Shown here: positions 8,558-18,614 of the stretch, in pieces | Numbering within the stretch: the stretch's first letter is position 1 | Layout: every line of letters begins with the position of its first letter | From: Bacillota bacterium | GTDB taxonomy: Bacteria; Bacillota; Clostridia; Saccharofermentanales; DTU023 | Direction: 5' to 3' | Length of the DNA: 64,000 bases | Assembly: GCA_023622515.1 (NCBI GenBank) | Contig: JAMNZB010000065.1 | Span: 8,875-72,874, forward strand | Notes under the pieces: model-generated | The model's input: only the letters and a program-made list of their open reading frames with translations | The model's database searches: none | What the model was told of the DNA's origin: nothing | Made by a program: the position numbers and the translations under genes

Positions 8558-10321
8558 ATGGTAGAGTTTATTGATGTCAGTTTTTCTTATAAGGATAGCC
8601 CTGAAGAAATTCAGGCTATTTCAAATCTGAACCTTAAGATTGAAAATGGCGAACATATTGCTGTAATTGGGCCAAATAGTTCCGGCAAGTCAACATTCGC
8701 TAGACTTTGCAATGCTCTTGAGCTGCCCGATGAAGGCATTATTTATGTTTCCGGTCTGACGAGTGATTCTATGGAATCGGTCTATAAAATTCGTGAGCAA
8801 TGTGGTATGGTTTTTCAAAATCCGGATGATCAAATAATTGGCAGTACATTAGAGGAAGACGTTGCTTTTGGTCCGGAAAACCTCGGTTTGAGTACAAGTG
8901 AAATTAAAAGGCGGGTGGAAGCTGCCCTTGAGCGAGTTGATTTAACAAAATTTCGTACGAAATCAACAGCCAGCTTATCCGGTGGTCAAAAACAAAAATT
9001 GAGTATTGCCGGGGTCTTAGCTATGAAGCCGAAGGTGTTGATTCTTGATGAAGCCAGTTCCATGCTAGACCCTCGCTCGGCCGAAGACTTCTTTAGTTTT
9101 GTTCAAGAATTATGTGTACGAGAGAATATTACCCTGATTAATATTACGCATAATATGGAAGAAGCCTATCAAGCAGACAGACTTATCCTGCTAAATAATG
9201 GCTATCTGGTAGAAAACTCTGCTCCCCAAGATTTTTTCCTTAAGCAGATGACGGCTCCGGAATCTTTAGTAAAGCTTCCTTTCTTCTTACAAGTTGCCCA
9301 TCTCTTTTCCGCTTATCTTACCCCTGATGAGATCTGTAGTTTGCACTCTTTAGATGATTTAGCCGATTTATTTGTGGCTAAGTTAGCGTCTTCGTTAAAT
9401 GAGAAAGCAAAAGCATCGCTTTGGGATAAGCATTTTACAGAAAGAAAATCTATAACCAATAAATCCGCAAAGAATTCTCCGGTGATAAGATTAGAAAAGG
9501 TATCTTTTTCCTATAACGAAAAATCTAAGAATCCGGAATTAGCCCTGACAGATGTATCGCTTGATATTTTTGAAAATGAAATTCTTGCCATTTGCGGTCA
9601 AACCGGCTCCGGAAAATCTACCTTAATTACCTTGCTAAATGGTTTAATCAAACCTCTTCACGGCCAGGTGGAAGTTTTTGGGAAAAATACAAGAAATAGG
9701 GAAAATATTGATTCTATCCGAGAGCTTGTCGGTTTAGTTTTTCAATATCCGGAAAGACAACTTTTTGCCCAAACAGTTTGGGAAGATATTTCTTTTGGTC
9801 CTAGACAACAGGGGCTCGAGGAGGAGGAAATAGAGGAGCGAGTTAGGCGAGTATCGGAAATTTTTGATATTGGCGAAGCCTTCCTTCACCGTTCACCTTT
9901 TGAATTATCGGGAGGTATACAGAGACGCGTTGCCATTGCCGGTGTTTTGGCTATGAATCCCAAATTGCTGGTTTTAGACGAGCCGGTTGCCGGGCTTGAT
10001 CCCAGAGCAAGGGCAGATCTTTTGCAACAAATTGAGAGTTTAAAGGAACAGGGCAGAACAATTATTATGATTACCCATAATATGGATGATGCTGCAAGGC
10101 TTGCTGACCGTATTGCTCTCATGAAAGAGGGGCGTATTCTGGCTGTAGATTCAACCCGAAATATTTTCGAAAACCGGGCCTTATTGCATTCATGCTACCT
10201 TGAGCTTCCTGAGGCAATGCGTTTTGCCCAGCTTCTAAATGAAGGCTTGGCTAGCTCTTTTTCCTTTTTAAGCCAAGAGGAAATTGTGAACACACTCATG
10301 CCGCTTATGCAATCTTACTGA
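8558..10321 (+). CDS. ecfA: ECF transporter ATPase, fused EcfA1-EcfA2 (two ABC domains in one 587-aa chain)
   Basis: Two Walker A motifs (GPNSSGKST, GQTGSGKST), two signatures (LSGGQKQK, LSGGIQRR), two Walker B (LILDEASS, LVLDEPVA); followed by ecfT; second domain starts near nt 9480. Confidence 0.9.
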   Translation: MVEFIDVSFSYKDSPEEIQAISNLNLKIENGEHIAVIGPNSSGKSTFARLCNALELPDEGIIYVSGLTSDSMESVYKIREQCGMVFQNPDDQIIGSTLEEDVAFGPENLGLSTSEIKRRVEAALERVDLTKFRTKSTASLSGGQKQKLSIAGVLAMKPKVLILDEASSMLDPRSAEDFFSFVQELCVRENITLINITHNMEEAYQADRLILLNNGYLVENSAPQDFFLKQMTAPESLVKLPFFLQVAHLFSAYLTPDEICSLHSLDDLADLFVAKLASSLNEKAKASLWDKHFTERKSITNKSAKNSPVIRLEKVSFSYNEKSKNPELALTDVSLDIFENEILAICGQTGSGKSTLITLLNGLIKPLHGQVEVFGKNTRNRENIDSIRELVGLVFQYPERQLFAQTVWEDISFGPRQQGLEEEEIEERVRRVSEIFDIGEAFLHRSPFELSGGIQRRVAIAGVLAMNPKLLVLDEPVAGLDPRARADLLQQIESLKEQGRTIIMITHNMDDAARLADRIALMKEGRILAVDSTRNIFENRALLHSCYLELPEAMRFAQLLNEGLASSFSFLSQEEIVNTLMPLMQSY

Positions 10322-10331
10322 GGAAGAATAG

Positions 10332-11144
10332 ATGTTTGATTTTGCCTCATTTGGACAATATATACCAAGAAATTCTTTAATCCATCGCCTTGACCCCAGG
10401 GTGAAGTTTTTATCCTTGTTACTGTATCTTCTGGCTGTGATTCTCTGTCGTCATGAGTTTAGTATTCTCATCTTAACTCTGTTTGCCTTACTCCACTTTG
10501 CCTTATCAAAGATTAGTTTCCGGGAGGGTCTTGCATCACTAAAACCTCTCCTGCCCCTTCTTATACTTGCCTTTTTGTTGAACTTGTTCATACCTCATGA
10601 AGGAGATAAAATAATTTTTCGCTGGTCATTTTTGAGTTTTTCACAAGAGAGCTTTGTGAGAGGTGTTCTTATGACACTACGTATAGCGGCTTTAATTTTT
10701 CTATCCAATCTCTTTTTAACGATTTCGACAACAGCAAATAACTTAAGTGAAGGGGTAAGCAAATTATTATCGCCTTTGCAAAAAATAGGCCTGCCTATAC
10801 AGGAAATAGGCATGATGCTTGCCATCGCTTTGCGCTTTATCCCCAATCTCCTTGTTGAAACAGATGCTTTAATGAAGGCGCAAAGTTCACGTGGAGCAAA
10901 TTATGATTCGGGAGGTTTTTTCAAACGTTTAAAAGGCTTTGCAACTGTTTTAGTGCCCTTATTTATTAGCTCTTTTCGTAAAGCGGAAACTTTAGCCGAG
11001 GCCATGGAAGCCCGTGCTTATAGGAGTGATATTAAGAGAGGAAAATTGCATCCGCTCATTTTGGAAATGAGAGATTATCTCTATTTCTTTCTCTTTTCCC
11101 TGTCTATCATCCTGCTTCTTATTTTAGATGGGAAACTTCGTTAG
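10332..11144 (+). CDS. ecfT: ECF transporter transmembrane component EcfT
   Basis: 270-aa polytopic protein in the canonical ecfA-ecfT position; C-terminal coupling-helix region ...MKAQSSRGANYD...AEAMEARAY. Confidence 0.88.
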   Translation: MFDFASFGQYIPRNSLIHRLDPRVKFLSLLLYLLAVILCRHEFSILILTLFALLHFALSKISFREGLASLKPLLPLLILAFLLNLFIPHEGDKIIFRWSFLSFSQESFVRGVLMTLRIAALIFLSNLFLTISTTANNLSEGVSKLLSPLQKIGLPIQEIGMMLAIALRFIPNLLVETDALMKAQSSRGANYDSGGFFKRLKGFATVLVPLFISSFRKAETLAEAMEARAYRSDIKRGKLHPLILEMRDYLYFFLFSLSIILLLILDGKLR

Positions 11145-11207
11145 TGGAAAAACAGATAGAGACATACTACTATACAAGTATAGGATTCTATTTCTTCAGG
11201 AAAGGGA

Positions 11208-13415
11208 TTGAGGAGAAGGGAGGTGGCCTTGCTGAACCATTATGCCTTGCTAAGTGAATATGATGGATCAGTGTTTCATGGCTGGCAGGAGCAGGTAAAT
11301 GCTGAGACTGTACAGGGTCATATCCGACAAGCCTGGAAGAAAATCACCGGTGAAAACCTTCATTTTAGAGGGTCTAGCCGTACGGATGCCGGTGTTTCTG
11401 CGGAAGGGCATGTTTGTGATTTTTATACGCAAAGTCAGATTCCCTTTAAGCGGATTCCCAGGGTTCTTAACGGATACCTTCCCCCGGCTATTGCTATTAG
11501 GGATATTCGACCGGTTAGTGATTCCTTTGATGCAAGGTATGATTCAATAGGGAAACTATATATTTATCATGTTTGGCAAGATCCCCTGCGAACAGGGATT
11601 TATAGAAATTTTTGCAGCCACTTTCCCCAAAAAGTTGACCTAAAGCTTATGGAGGAAGCAGCAAAGCATCTTGTGGGATTACATGATTGCACAGCCTTTA
11701 TGGACCAGGGTTCTCCGGTCCGCAGAACGGTTCGTCAAATTGACCGTATCTCGGTTATTCAGGAGAGGGCTTCGCCTCTTATCCGAATCTATTGCCTTGG
11801 CCGGGGTTTCTTGTACCACCAGGTAAGAATAATTGCCGGCACTCTTTTGTATGTTGGCCAGAAAAAATTAACCATAGAAGAAATGCTTCAGGCCAGAGAG
11901 GAAAAAGACCGAAGAAAACTAGGCAAAACCATGCCGCCGGAAGGATTGCTTTTGAAAAGAGTATACTATCCACAAGCCCTTTTCCGGGAAGTTTCTATGT
12001 TGACAGACTTTTACGAGTTAACCATGTCCAATGCCTACCTGCAACTAGGACTTGAAGAGAAACAGGTTACCTTTGATTTATTTTTCCGCGATGTGCCGGA
12101 AAGGGGCGGATACGCAATCATGGCCGGAGTAGAACAAATGATTGAATATCTTTCGGATCTGAACTTTACCGAAGAAGATATTGCCTATTTACGGTCTTTG
12201 GGCACATTTAAAGAGGAATTTTTAGACTATTTACGCCATTTCCGCTTTAGCTGTGATGTCTGGGCCATACCTGAAGGAACGCCTATTTTCCCGGCTGAGC
12301 CTATTGTTAAGGTCAGAGGCCCGATTATGCAAGCCCAAATGATTGAAACGATGCTGCTTGTTACCATTAACCATCAGAGTTTGATTGCTACAAAATCGGC
12401 CCGCATTGTCAGGGCGGCCCAAGGACGCCCTGTTATGGAATTCGGTGCAAGAAGAGCACAAGGCTATGATGCCTCTGTACTAGGCGCAAGAGCAGCTTAT
12501 ATTGCCGGTGTGGCCGGCACATCCTGCACGATGGCTTCAAGGCAATTCGGGATAAGGCCTATGGGTACGATGGCCCATAGCTGGGTACAAGCTTTTCCAA
12601 CGGAATTTGAAGCCTTTAGCCATTATGCCAGGTGCTATCCGGATGATTGCAACCTGCTTGTTGATACCTATAATACCTTGCGTTCCGGGGTTCCCAATGC
12701 CATACGGGTAGCCAAAGAGCTTTTGGAGCCCATGGGTAAACGTCTGAAAGGGATTCGAATTGACTCCGGCGACCTTACCTATCTCACGGAAGAAGCCAGA
12801 AGGATGCTTGATGAGGCGGGGCTTTTCGATTGTAAAATTACAGTTTCCAACTCCATGGATGAATACATTATTCAAGAATTGTTGCGACAGGGAGCGAAAA
12901 TAGACAGTTTTGGCGTTGGTGAGCGATTGATTACCGCTAAACAATCGCCTGTCTTTGGCGGTGTTTACAAGCTATCCGCCATAGAAGATGGTGGGCGGAT
13001 GATTCCCAGAATGAAATTCTCCGATAATCCTGAAAAAATTACCAATCCCGGCGACAAGGAAGTCTGGCGCTTTTATGACAAGAAAACCGGCTATGCCTTA
13101 GCTGATCTTATTACCCTGGCCGGTGAAGAAATTGACGAAAATCAACCGCTGACTATTTTCGACCCCTTGCATACCTGGAAGGAAAAAACCCTAACCAATT
13201 TCCGTGCGGTGAAACTCTTGCAACCTATATTTTCTAAAGGAACACTTGTTTATGACACGCCCTCTTTAGAAGAAATACGTGCTTACTGTCAAGATGAGCT
13301 GCAGACCCTCTGGGATTCGATAAAACGCTTTGAAAGTCCCCAGGACTATTATGTAGACCTTTCCTATAACTTATGGGAGCTGAAAAATAAAATGCTTAAG
13401 GAGCAAAACCGCTAG
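11208..13415 (+). CDS. Single ORF joining tRNA pseudouridine(38-40) synthase TruA (aa 1-263) to nicotinate phosphoribosyltransferase (aa 264-735)
   Basis: TruA motifs YDGSVFHGWQEQ, RTDAGVSA, GLLLKRVYY; no stop codon; frame continues into MLTDFYELTMSNAY... (ATG 11997), a full NAPRT. True 5' start may be GTG 11223 (AGGAG 7 nt upstream). Confidence 0.8.
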   Translation: MRRREVALLNHYALLSEYDGSVFHGWQEQVNAETVQGHIRQAWKKITGENLHFRGSSRTDAGVSAEGHVCDFYTQSQIPFKRIPRVLNGYLPPAIAIRDIRPVSDSFDARYDSIGKLYIYHVWQDPLRTGIYRNFCSHFPQKVDLKLMEEAAKHLVGLHDCTAFMDQGSPVRRTVRQIDRISVIQERASPLIRIYCLGRGFLYHQVRIIAGTLLYVGQKKLTIEEMLQAREEKDRRKLGKTMPPEGLLLKRVYYPQALFREVSMLTDFYELTMSNAYLQLGLEEKQVTFDLFFRDVPERGGYAIMAGVEQMIEYLSDLNFTEEDIAYLRSLGTFKEEFLDYLRHFRFSCDVWAIPEGTPIFPAEPIVKVRGPIMQAQMIETMLLVTINHQSLIATKSARIVRAAQGRPVMEFGARRAQGYDASVLGARAAYIAGVAGTSCTMASRQFGIRPMGTMAHSWVQAFPTEFEAFSHYARCYPDDCNLLVDTYNTLRSGVPNAIRVAKELLEPMGKRLKGIRIDSGDLTYLTEEARRMLDEAGLFDCKITVSNSMDEYIIQELLRQGAKIDSFGVGERLITAKQSPVFGGVYKLSAIEDGGRMIPRMKFSDNPEKITNPGDKEVWRFYDKKTGYALADLITLAGEEIDENQPLTIFDPLHTWKEKTLTNFRAVKLLQPIFSKGTLVYDTPSLEEIRAYCQDELQTLWDSIKRFESPQDYYVDLSYNLWELKNKMLKEQNR

Positions 13416-13545
13416 AGGCGGATTCTCTGCAGAGGGTTAAACTCTTTTGCTAGAATACTCTTGCCGCTTTCTCCGGGAAAGGAGTAGAATGAAGGTTAAG
13501 ATAAAGCTAGCAAGTAATTATTAAAATGAAAGTAGAGGATTAATT

Positions 13546-13923
13546 ATGTCAAAAATTACTGTACATTGTGAGAAAGCACCAAAGGCCATAGGCCCCTATA
13601 GTCACGCTAATATTGCCGGGAACCTTGTTTTTGTTTCGGGTCAGCTTCCGGTAAAGGACGGTGTACTTGAGAAGGAAGATATTTCTAAAGCAACAGGATA
13701 TTGTATGGAAAATATCGCCAGTATTTTAGAAAGTGCCGGCTCCAGCTTGGCAGAGGCTGTAAAATTAACTATCTACCTAACAGATATGAAGCAGTTTTCA
13801 CTTGTTAATGAAGCTTACGGAAAATTTTTTGAAGGAAATTATCCCAGCCGTGTCTGTATTGAAGTTGCCGCCTTACCCCAAGGTGTTTCTGTAGAAATTG
13901 ACTGCATTGCTGTCAAAAAATAG
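13546..13923 (+). CDS. ridA: RidA/YjgF-family reactive-intermediate deaminase
   Basis: 125 aa; APKAIGPYSHANIAGNLVFVSGQLP... and C-terminal ...SRVCIEVAALPQGVSVEIDCIA typical of RidA. Confidence 0.88.
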   Translation: MSKITVHCEKAPKAIGPYSHANIAGNLVFVSGQLPVKDGVLEKEDISKATGYCMENIASILESAGSSLAEAVKLTIYLTDMKQFSLVNEAYGKFFEGNYPSRVCIEVAALPQGVSVEIDCIAVKK

Positions 13924-13983
13924 TAGTAACAAACCAAGAGCGCTTAGATGTATTCTAGGCTCTCTTATCCATGAGGAGTAATT

Positions 13984-14994
13984 ATGAAGAAGATATGCCT
14001 TCTTGCCACAGGGGGGACGATTGCATGTGTCCCGACCGACAAGGGCTATGTTCCCGGTCTTAGCGGAGAAGAATTATTGCACCATGTCCCTGAATTGGCG
14101 AAGTTTGCCGATATTGAAGTCCGTCAAATCATGAATATTGACAGTTCGGAAATGCAGGCTTCGGATTGGCGAACCATTGCTCGTGCCTGCCAGAGGGCTG
14201 CAGAATACAGTGATGGGATAGTGATTAGTCATGGTACGGATACCATGTGCTATACTGCTGCTGCTCTCTCCTTTATGCTGAGCGATATAAGGATTCCGAT
14301 TGTCCTAACCGGAGCGCAAATCCCCTTGGCCGCGGACAATAGTGATGCCCCGGGTAATTTGCTTTCAGCCTTTATTGCTGCCTGTCAGGCCGATCCCGGT
14401 GTCCAGGTTGTATTTAATGAAAAAGTTATTCATGGGTCTCGTGCCTTTAAAATGTATTCGCAAAACTGGGATGCCTATGTCAGCCGGAATTATCCCTATC
14501 TCGGTGTGATTCGGGATGGTCAATTTATCCGCCGGCACAGGGCCAAGATCCAGACCGGCGGTCCCCCTTTATTTACAGCTTTTGATGAGAATGTGGTGCT
14601 CATCAAACTGACTCCGGTTACTAGTCCCGCCTTGCTGGATTGCATTGCCCAGGATAAGTACAGTGGGGTTGTTATTGAAGGCTTTGGCACGGGAGGTATC
14701 TCCAACCTTAGTCGGGGAATGGCTGCCGGCCTCCAACGTTTTTATGAGTCCTTAAAGATTCCTGTTGTGATGATTTCTCAGTGTCCCTATGATGGTGTTC
14801 ACTTAGATGTTTATGGGATTGGTGAACAAGCGGCCAATGTTGGTGTTATTTCAGGCAATGATATGACCACCGAGGCGGCTATGGTTAAATTGATGTGGGC
14901 CCTTGGTCAGACTAAGGATCTAAAGGAAATTGAAGACCTGATTACGACCAATATTTGTGATGAAATTAGCCCGCAACTTGTTGAGGACCTCTAG
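13984..14994 (+). CDS. ansA: L-asparaginase, type I (cytoplasmic)
   Basis: N-terminal LATGGTIA motif and HGTDTM motif; 336 aa. Confidence 0.85.
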   Translation: MKKICLLATGGTIACVPTDKGYVPGLSGEELLHHVPELAKFADIEVRQIMNIDSSEMQASDWRTIARACQRAAEYSDGIVISHGTDTMCYTAAALSFMLSDIRIPIVLTGAQIPLAADNSDAPGNLLSAFIAACQADPGVQVVFNEKVIHGSRAFKMYSQNWDAYVSRNYPYLGVIRDGQFIRRHRAKIQTGGPPLFTAFDENVVLIKLTPVTSPALLDCIAQDKYSGVVIEGFGTGGISNLSRGMAAGLQRFYESLKIPVVMISQCPYDGVHLDVYGIGEQAANVGVISGNDMTTEAAMVKLMWALGQTKDLKEIEDLITTNICDEISPQLVEDL

Positions 14995-15027
14995 GCTTAA
15001 TGCTAAAATGTTGAATATGTAACGAGT

Positions 15028-15056
15028 AAAAGGATCGTCTGATCCTTTTCTTTTTA
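15028..15056 (+). terminator. Hairpin AAAAGGATC-gtct-GATCCTTTT + T run between ansA and pheS
   Basis: Inverted repeat 15028-15036 / 15041-15049 followed by CTTTTT; short stem. Confidence 0.55.
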
Positions 15057-15074
15057 GGATAAGGAGTTTGCGCC

Positions 15075-16112
15075 ATGAAAGAAGCATTGTGTACACTTAG
15101 GGATGAGACTTTGGAAGCGATACGAACTTGCCAAAGCAGTGAAGAATTAGCCAAACTTAACCAAGACATCTTGGGCAGAAAAGGAAGTCTGACCAATATT
15201 CTAAAAGGTTTAAGCAGTCTTGAGCCCGAGCAAAGAAGAGAGATGGGCAAGGCCTCTAACCAGATAAAAAATGAGTTGATACTCTCCTTTGAGGAGAGAG
15301 AAGACAGCCTCTTACGAGAAGAGACGATTCTCAACTTTAAGGCGGATCTTACACTTCCCGGGCTCGCCCCGCAAAAGGGCGGCTTACACCCTTTGACCGG
15401 CCTTATCTATGAGCTAAATGATGCCTTTCATTCTCTAAACTTTACTATTTTTTCTGAGGATGAAATCAGTTCAGAACTATATGCTTTTGACTATCTGAAT
15501 TTTCCCCCTGAACATCCTGCACGTGAAAGTATGGATACTTACTGGGTTGATGGGACAGAAGAGATGCGCGGTGCAAAGAGACTCTGCCTCAGACCCCATC
15601 TGACCGGTGCCAGTGTCCGCTATTTGCAAAAATATGGTGCTCCGGCCCGTTTTATCTATCCCGGTAGAGTCTATCGTAATGAAGATATGGATGCCAGTCA
15701 TGAGCGGGCCTTCTTTCAATATGAAGCGCTCATTGTAGAAAAAGACTTTCCTTTTGCCTCAGGCCAACTCCTCATAGCAACAATCTTAGAGAAGATTTTC
15801 AAGCGGAAGATTGTTACCCGTATGCGTTCCGGCTTTTTCCCCTTTGTTGAACCGGGTTTTGAAATAGATATGCAATGTGTCCATTGTGAGGGCAGGGGGT
15901 GTCCTGTTTGCAAGCAGGTTGGCTGGATTGAAGTTATGCCGGGCGGTACACCTCATCCTAACGTGTTGCGGGCTGCCGGACTTGACCCGGATGTTTGGAC
16001 AGGCTTCTATATTGACATCGGTCTGGAAAGACTGGCCATGATGCGCTACGGTATTCCTGATGTTCGTCTTTTTCATAGTGCAGATTTACGTTTTTTAAAG
16101 CAAATTAGGTAG
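15075..16112 (+). CDS. pheS: Phenylalanine--tRNA ligase alpha subunit
   Basis: 345 aa; class II motifs (...HPARESMDTYW..., ...GRVYRNEDMDASHERAFFQYE..., ...GLERLAMMRYGIPDVRLF). Confidence 0.95.
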   Translation: MKEALCTLRDETLEAIRTCQSSEELAKLNQDILGRKGSLTNILKGLSSLEPEQRREMGKASNQIKNELILSFEEREDSLLREETILNFKADLTLPGLAPQKGGLHPLTGLIYELNDAFHSLNFTIFSEDEISSELYAFDYLNFPPEHPARESMDTYWVDGTEEMRGAKRLCLRPHLTGASVRYLQKYGAPARFIYPGRVYRNEDMDASHERAFFQYEALIVEKDFPFASGQLLIATILEKIFKRKIVTRMRSGFFPFVEPGFEIDMQCVHCEGRGCPVCKQVGWIEVMPGGTPHPNVLRAAGLDPDVWTGFYIDIGLERLAMMRYGIPDVRLFHSADLRFLKQIR

Positions 16113-16121
16113 GGGGCTGAC

Positions 16122-18563
16122 ATGTTAGTTTCTTTAAATTGGATAAAAAAATATACAAAGTTACCGGATGATTTGAGCATGGACCAGCTGGCCTATGACT
16201 TAACCATGCGGACGGTGGAAGTTGAGGACTGGTACAACCCGGCAGACCGTTACCAGGGTGTTGTTTTAGGTGAAATTATACGTATTGACGCCCATCCTCA
16301 GGCGGATAAACTCCGAGTCTGCTATGTTGATGTTGCCGGCGAAGACCTGTTACAGATTGTTTGTGGTGGAACAAACCTTAGAGTGGGGCAACTTGTCGTG
16401 GTTGCCGTTGCCGGGTCTATGGTTCGCTGGCATGGCGAGGGTGAACCGGTAGAAATCAAGAAGACAAAGCTCCGCGGCGTGGAGTCACAAGGTATGATTT
16501 GTGCATCTAATGAGCTCGATCTAGGGGCCCTCTTTCCGGCTGAAGCTGACGCTGTCATCATGGACTTAACGGACTTCCCCGGGGCAGAGAAAGGGCTAGA
16601 ACTTGCGGATGTTCTGGGCTTGCATGATATGATTATCGAAATCGACAACAAGTCATTGACCAACCGTCCCGATTTATGGGGCCACTATGGAATAGCCCGT
16701 GAGCTTTCAGCTATCTATGGAACAGCTCTTTACGAGCTCCCGCAATTTAGCCACAAGGTTATTCCGGAAAGTTATTCGGTACAAATTGAAGATTTGGAAG
16801 ATTGCCCGCGCTATGCGGCCAGTGTCTGGAAGGATATCAAAAATAGTGAATCCCCTTATGAATTAAAAAAGACCCTTTATCTCCTAGGTCACTCCAGCCA
16901 TGGCTTAATTGTTGACTTAACCAACTATGTTATGCTGGCTGTTGGCCAACCCAATCACGCCTATGACTATGCCAGGGTAGGTGATGAAATTATTATTCGC
17001 CGGGCGAAAAATAGCGAGCAGCTGACCTTACTTGACGATATCGATTTGACTTTAGATGAAAACGACCTGGTCATTGCCCGTTCGGATAAAGCCATCGGTT
17101 TAGCCGGAGTTAAAGGTGGTCTGGGCGATTCAATTAGTGAGGATACGAAAGATATTGTCTTTGAAGTGGCTAATTTTAAGCCTATTATGATACGGAAAAC
17201 TTCTCAGAAGCATAAGGTGCATACCGATGCTGCCGCAAGGTTTGAAAAAGGTCTGGATATTCCGCGTGTTGACCAAGCCATGGGCTTATTTGAAGCTTTG
17301 GTCAAAAAATACAGTCCTGAGACCAAGCTTGTTGCCTATGTTGACCCCGGCCAAACAGCAGCTGAAGAGAAACGGATTAGCTGTCATCTGGAGCGGATTT
17401 CCCGGCGTCTCGGGAAAAAACTAAGCCTTTCTGAAGTAAATGAGCTTTTAACCCCTTTAGGCTTTGTTTTGGATTCCCATACAGTTGATGGTGAAAAGAC
17501 AATATTTACCCTTGTTGTACCCTCTTGGCGTGCCACAGGTGATGTTGAGGGCGAAGCGGATATTGTGGAAGAGCTTGCCCGGATGATTGGCTATGAAAAT
17601 TTTGAATTTTCTCCCCCTAAGATTGAATTAAAATCTGCTGTAGAGGAAAGCATACACGATTTAGACAGAGCCATTCGTGAGTACCTCGCCTTCCGCTGTG
17701 GTTTGCAGGAAGTTATTGTCTATCCTTGGACAGAGGAGACCTATCAAGCTGTCTGCAGACTACCTGATGAGGACAGTGTTCCCTTAACTGACCCGCCCAG
17801 TCCGGAAGAGAAATTCCTTGATCAATCTCTGGTTCCCGGTCTTGTGAAAGCGGCTAAAAAGAACGAGCGTTATTACAATGAATTTTCTATCTTCAATGTA
17901 GCCGAAGTTTTTAAACAAAATAGAACGGAAGAGGCCACAGAAACAGGCGAAGTTCTGCCCCTTCAAGAAAAAAGAGTCGCCGCTCTGTTTTTTGGGCAAG
18001 ATGCTTGGAAAAGCTTCCGTAAACTAAAAGGTATTCTTGAGCATTTACCTCGTCATGTTTTGGTGGAGGAAGTGCAATTTTCCCAAAAGAAAAAGCCTGA
18101 ATGGGCTGACCCGGAAGTCTATCTGAATATTCTTAACCAAGAAGGAGAAGTTATTGGTGACCTTGGCCTCTTATCGGCCTATGCCAAGAGAAACTTAGGA
18201 TTTAAGCGGGGGGATATGGCTATTTGTGAGTTTTCCCTAGCTGCCCTGGAAAAAGTTTTACCGAGTGTTTATGGTTATGAAGAAGTACCCAACTATCCCT
18301 TGGTAGAGCTGGATTTTACGGTACTTTGTGATGAAGGTGTCAAGTGGTCGGATATCCTTAAATACTTGGCAAAATCGGTATACCGCATAGAGTATATTGG
18401 CGAGTATCGTGATGAAAAAATTGGGCAAGGGAAAAAGTCTCTGACTTTCCGCGTCCAGTTCGGCAAAGAAGACGGAACCTTGAGTGGTGAGGAAATAGAG
18501 GACAAGAGAAAATCCTTACTCAACACCTTGAAACATACGGTAGGCATTGAACTTAGAGAATAG
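16122..18563 (+). CDS. pheT: Phenylalanine--tRNA ligase beta subunit
   Basis: 813 aa; MLVSLNWIKKYTKLP... N-terminus, tRNA-binding, B3/4, B5 and FDX-ACB type regions in PheT order; follows pheS. Confidence 0.95.
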   Translation: MLVSLNWIKKYTKLPDDLSMDQLAYDLTMRTVEVEDWYNPADRYQGVVLGEIIRIDAHPQADKLRVCYVDVAGEDLLQIVCGGTNLRVGQLVVVAVAGSMVRWHGEGEPVEIKKTKLRGVESQGMICASNELDLGALFPAEADAVIMDLTDFPGAEKGLELADVLGLHDMIIEIDNKSLTNRPDLWGHYGIARELSAIYGTALYELPQFSHKVIPESYSVQIEDLEDCPRYAASVWKDIKNSESPYELKKTLYLLGHSSHGLIVDLTNYVMLAVGQPNHAYDYARVGDEIIIRRAKNSEQLTLLDDIDLTLDENDLVIARSDKAIGLAGVKGGLGDSISEDTKDIVFEVANFKPIMIRKTSQKHKVHTDAAARFEKGLDIPRVDQAMGLFEALVKKYSPETKLVAYVDPGQTAAEEKRISCHLERISRRLGKKLSLSEVNELLTPLGFVLDSHTVDGEKTIFTLVVPSWRATGDVEGEADIVEELARMIGYENFEFSPPKIELKSAVEESIHDLDRAIREYLAFRCGLQEVIVYPWTEETYQAVCRLPDEDSVPLTDPPSPEEKFLDQSLVPGLVKAAKKNERYYNEFSIFNVAEVFKQNRTEEATETGEVLPLQEKRVAALFFGQDAWKSFRKLKGILEHLPRHVLVEEVQFSQKKKPEWADPEVYLNILNQEGEVIGDLGLLSAYAKRNLGFKRGDMAICEFSLAALEKVLPSVYGYEEVPNYPLVELDFTVLCDEGVKWSDILKYLAKSVYRIEYIGEYRDEKIGQGKKSLTFRVQFGKEDGTLSGEEIEDKRKSLLNTLKHTVGIELRE

Positions 18564-18614
18564 ACTGAATCTGTAAGTAGGGAGTTTATGTATTGTACAT
18601 AGCGTGTTTCTAAA

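Noticed and set aside
13489-13524. 11-codon mini-ORF (MKVKIKLASNY) with AAAGGAG RBS in the ridA leader
   Set aside because: It is too short to support from sequence alone. The RBS spacing is only 4 nt, and it overlaps one of two alternative -10 candidates (TAGAAT). It could be chance.
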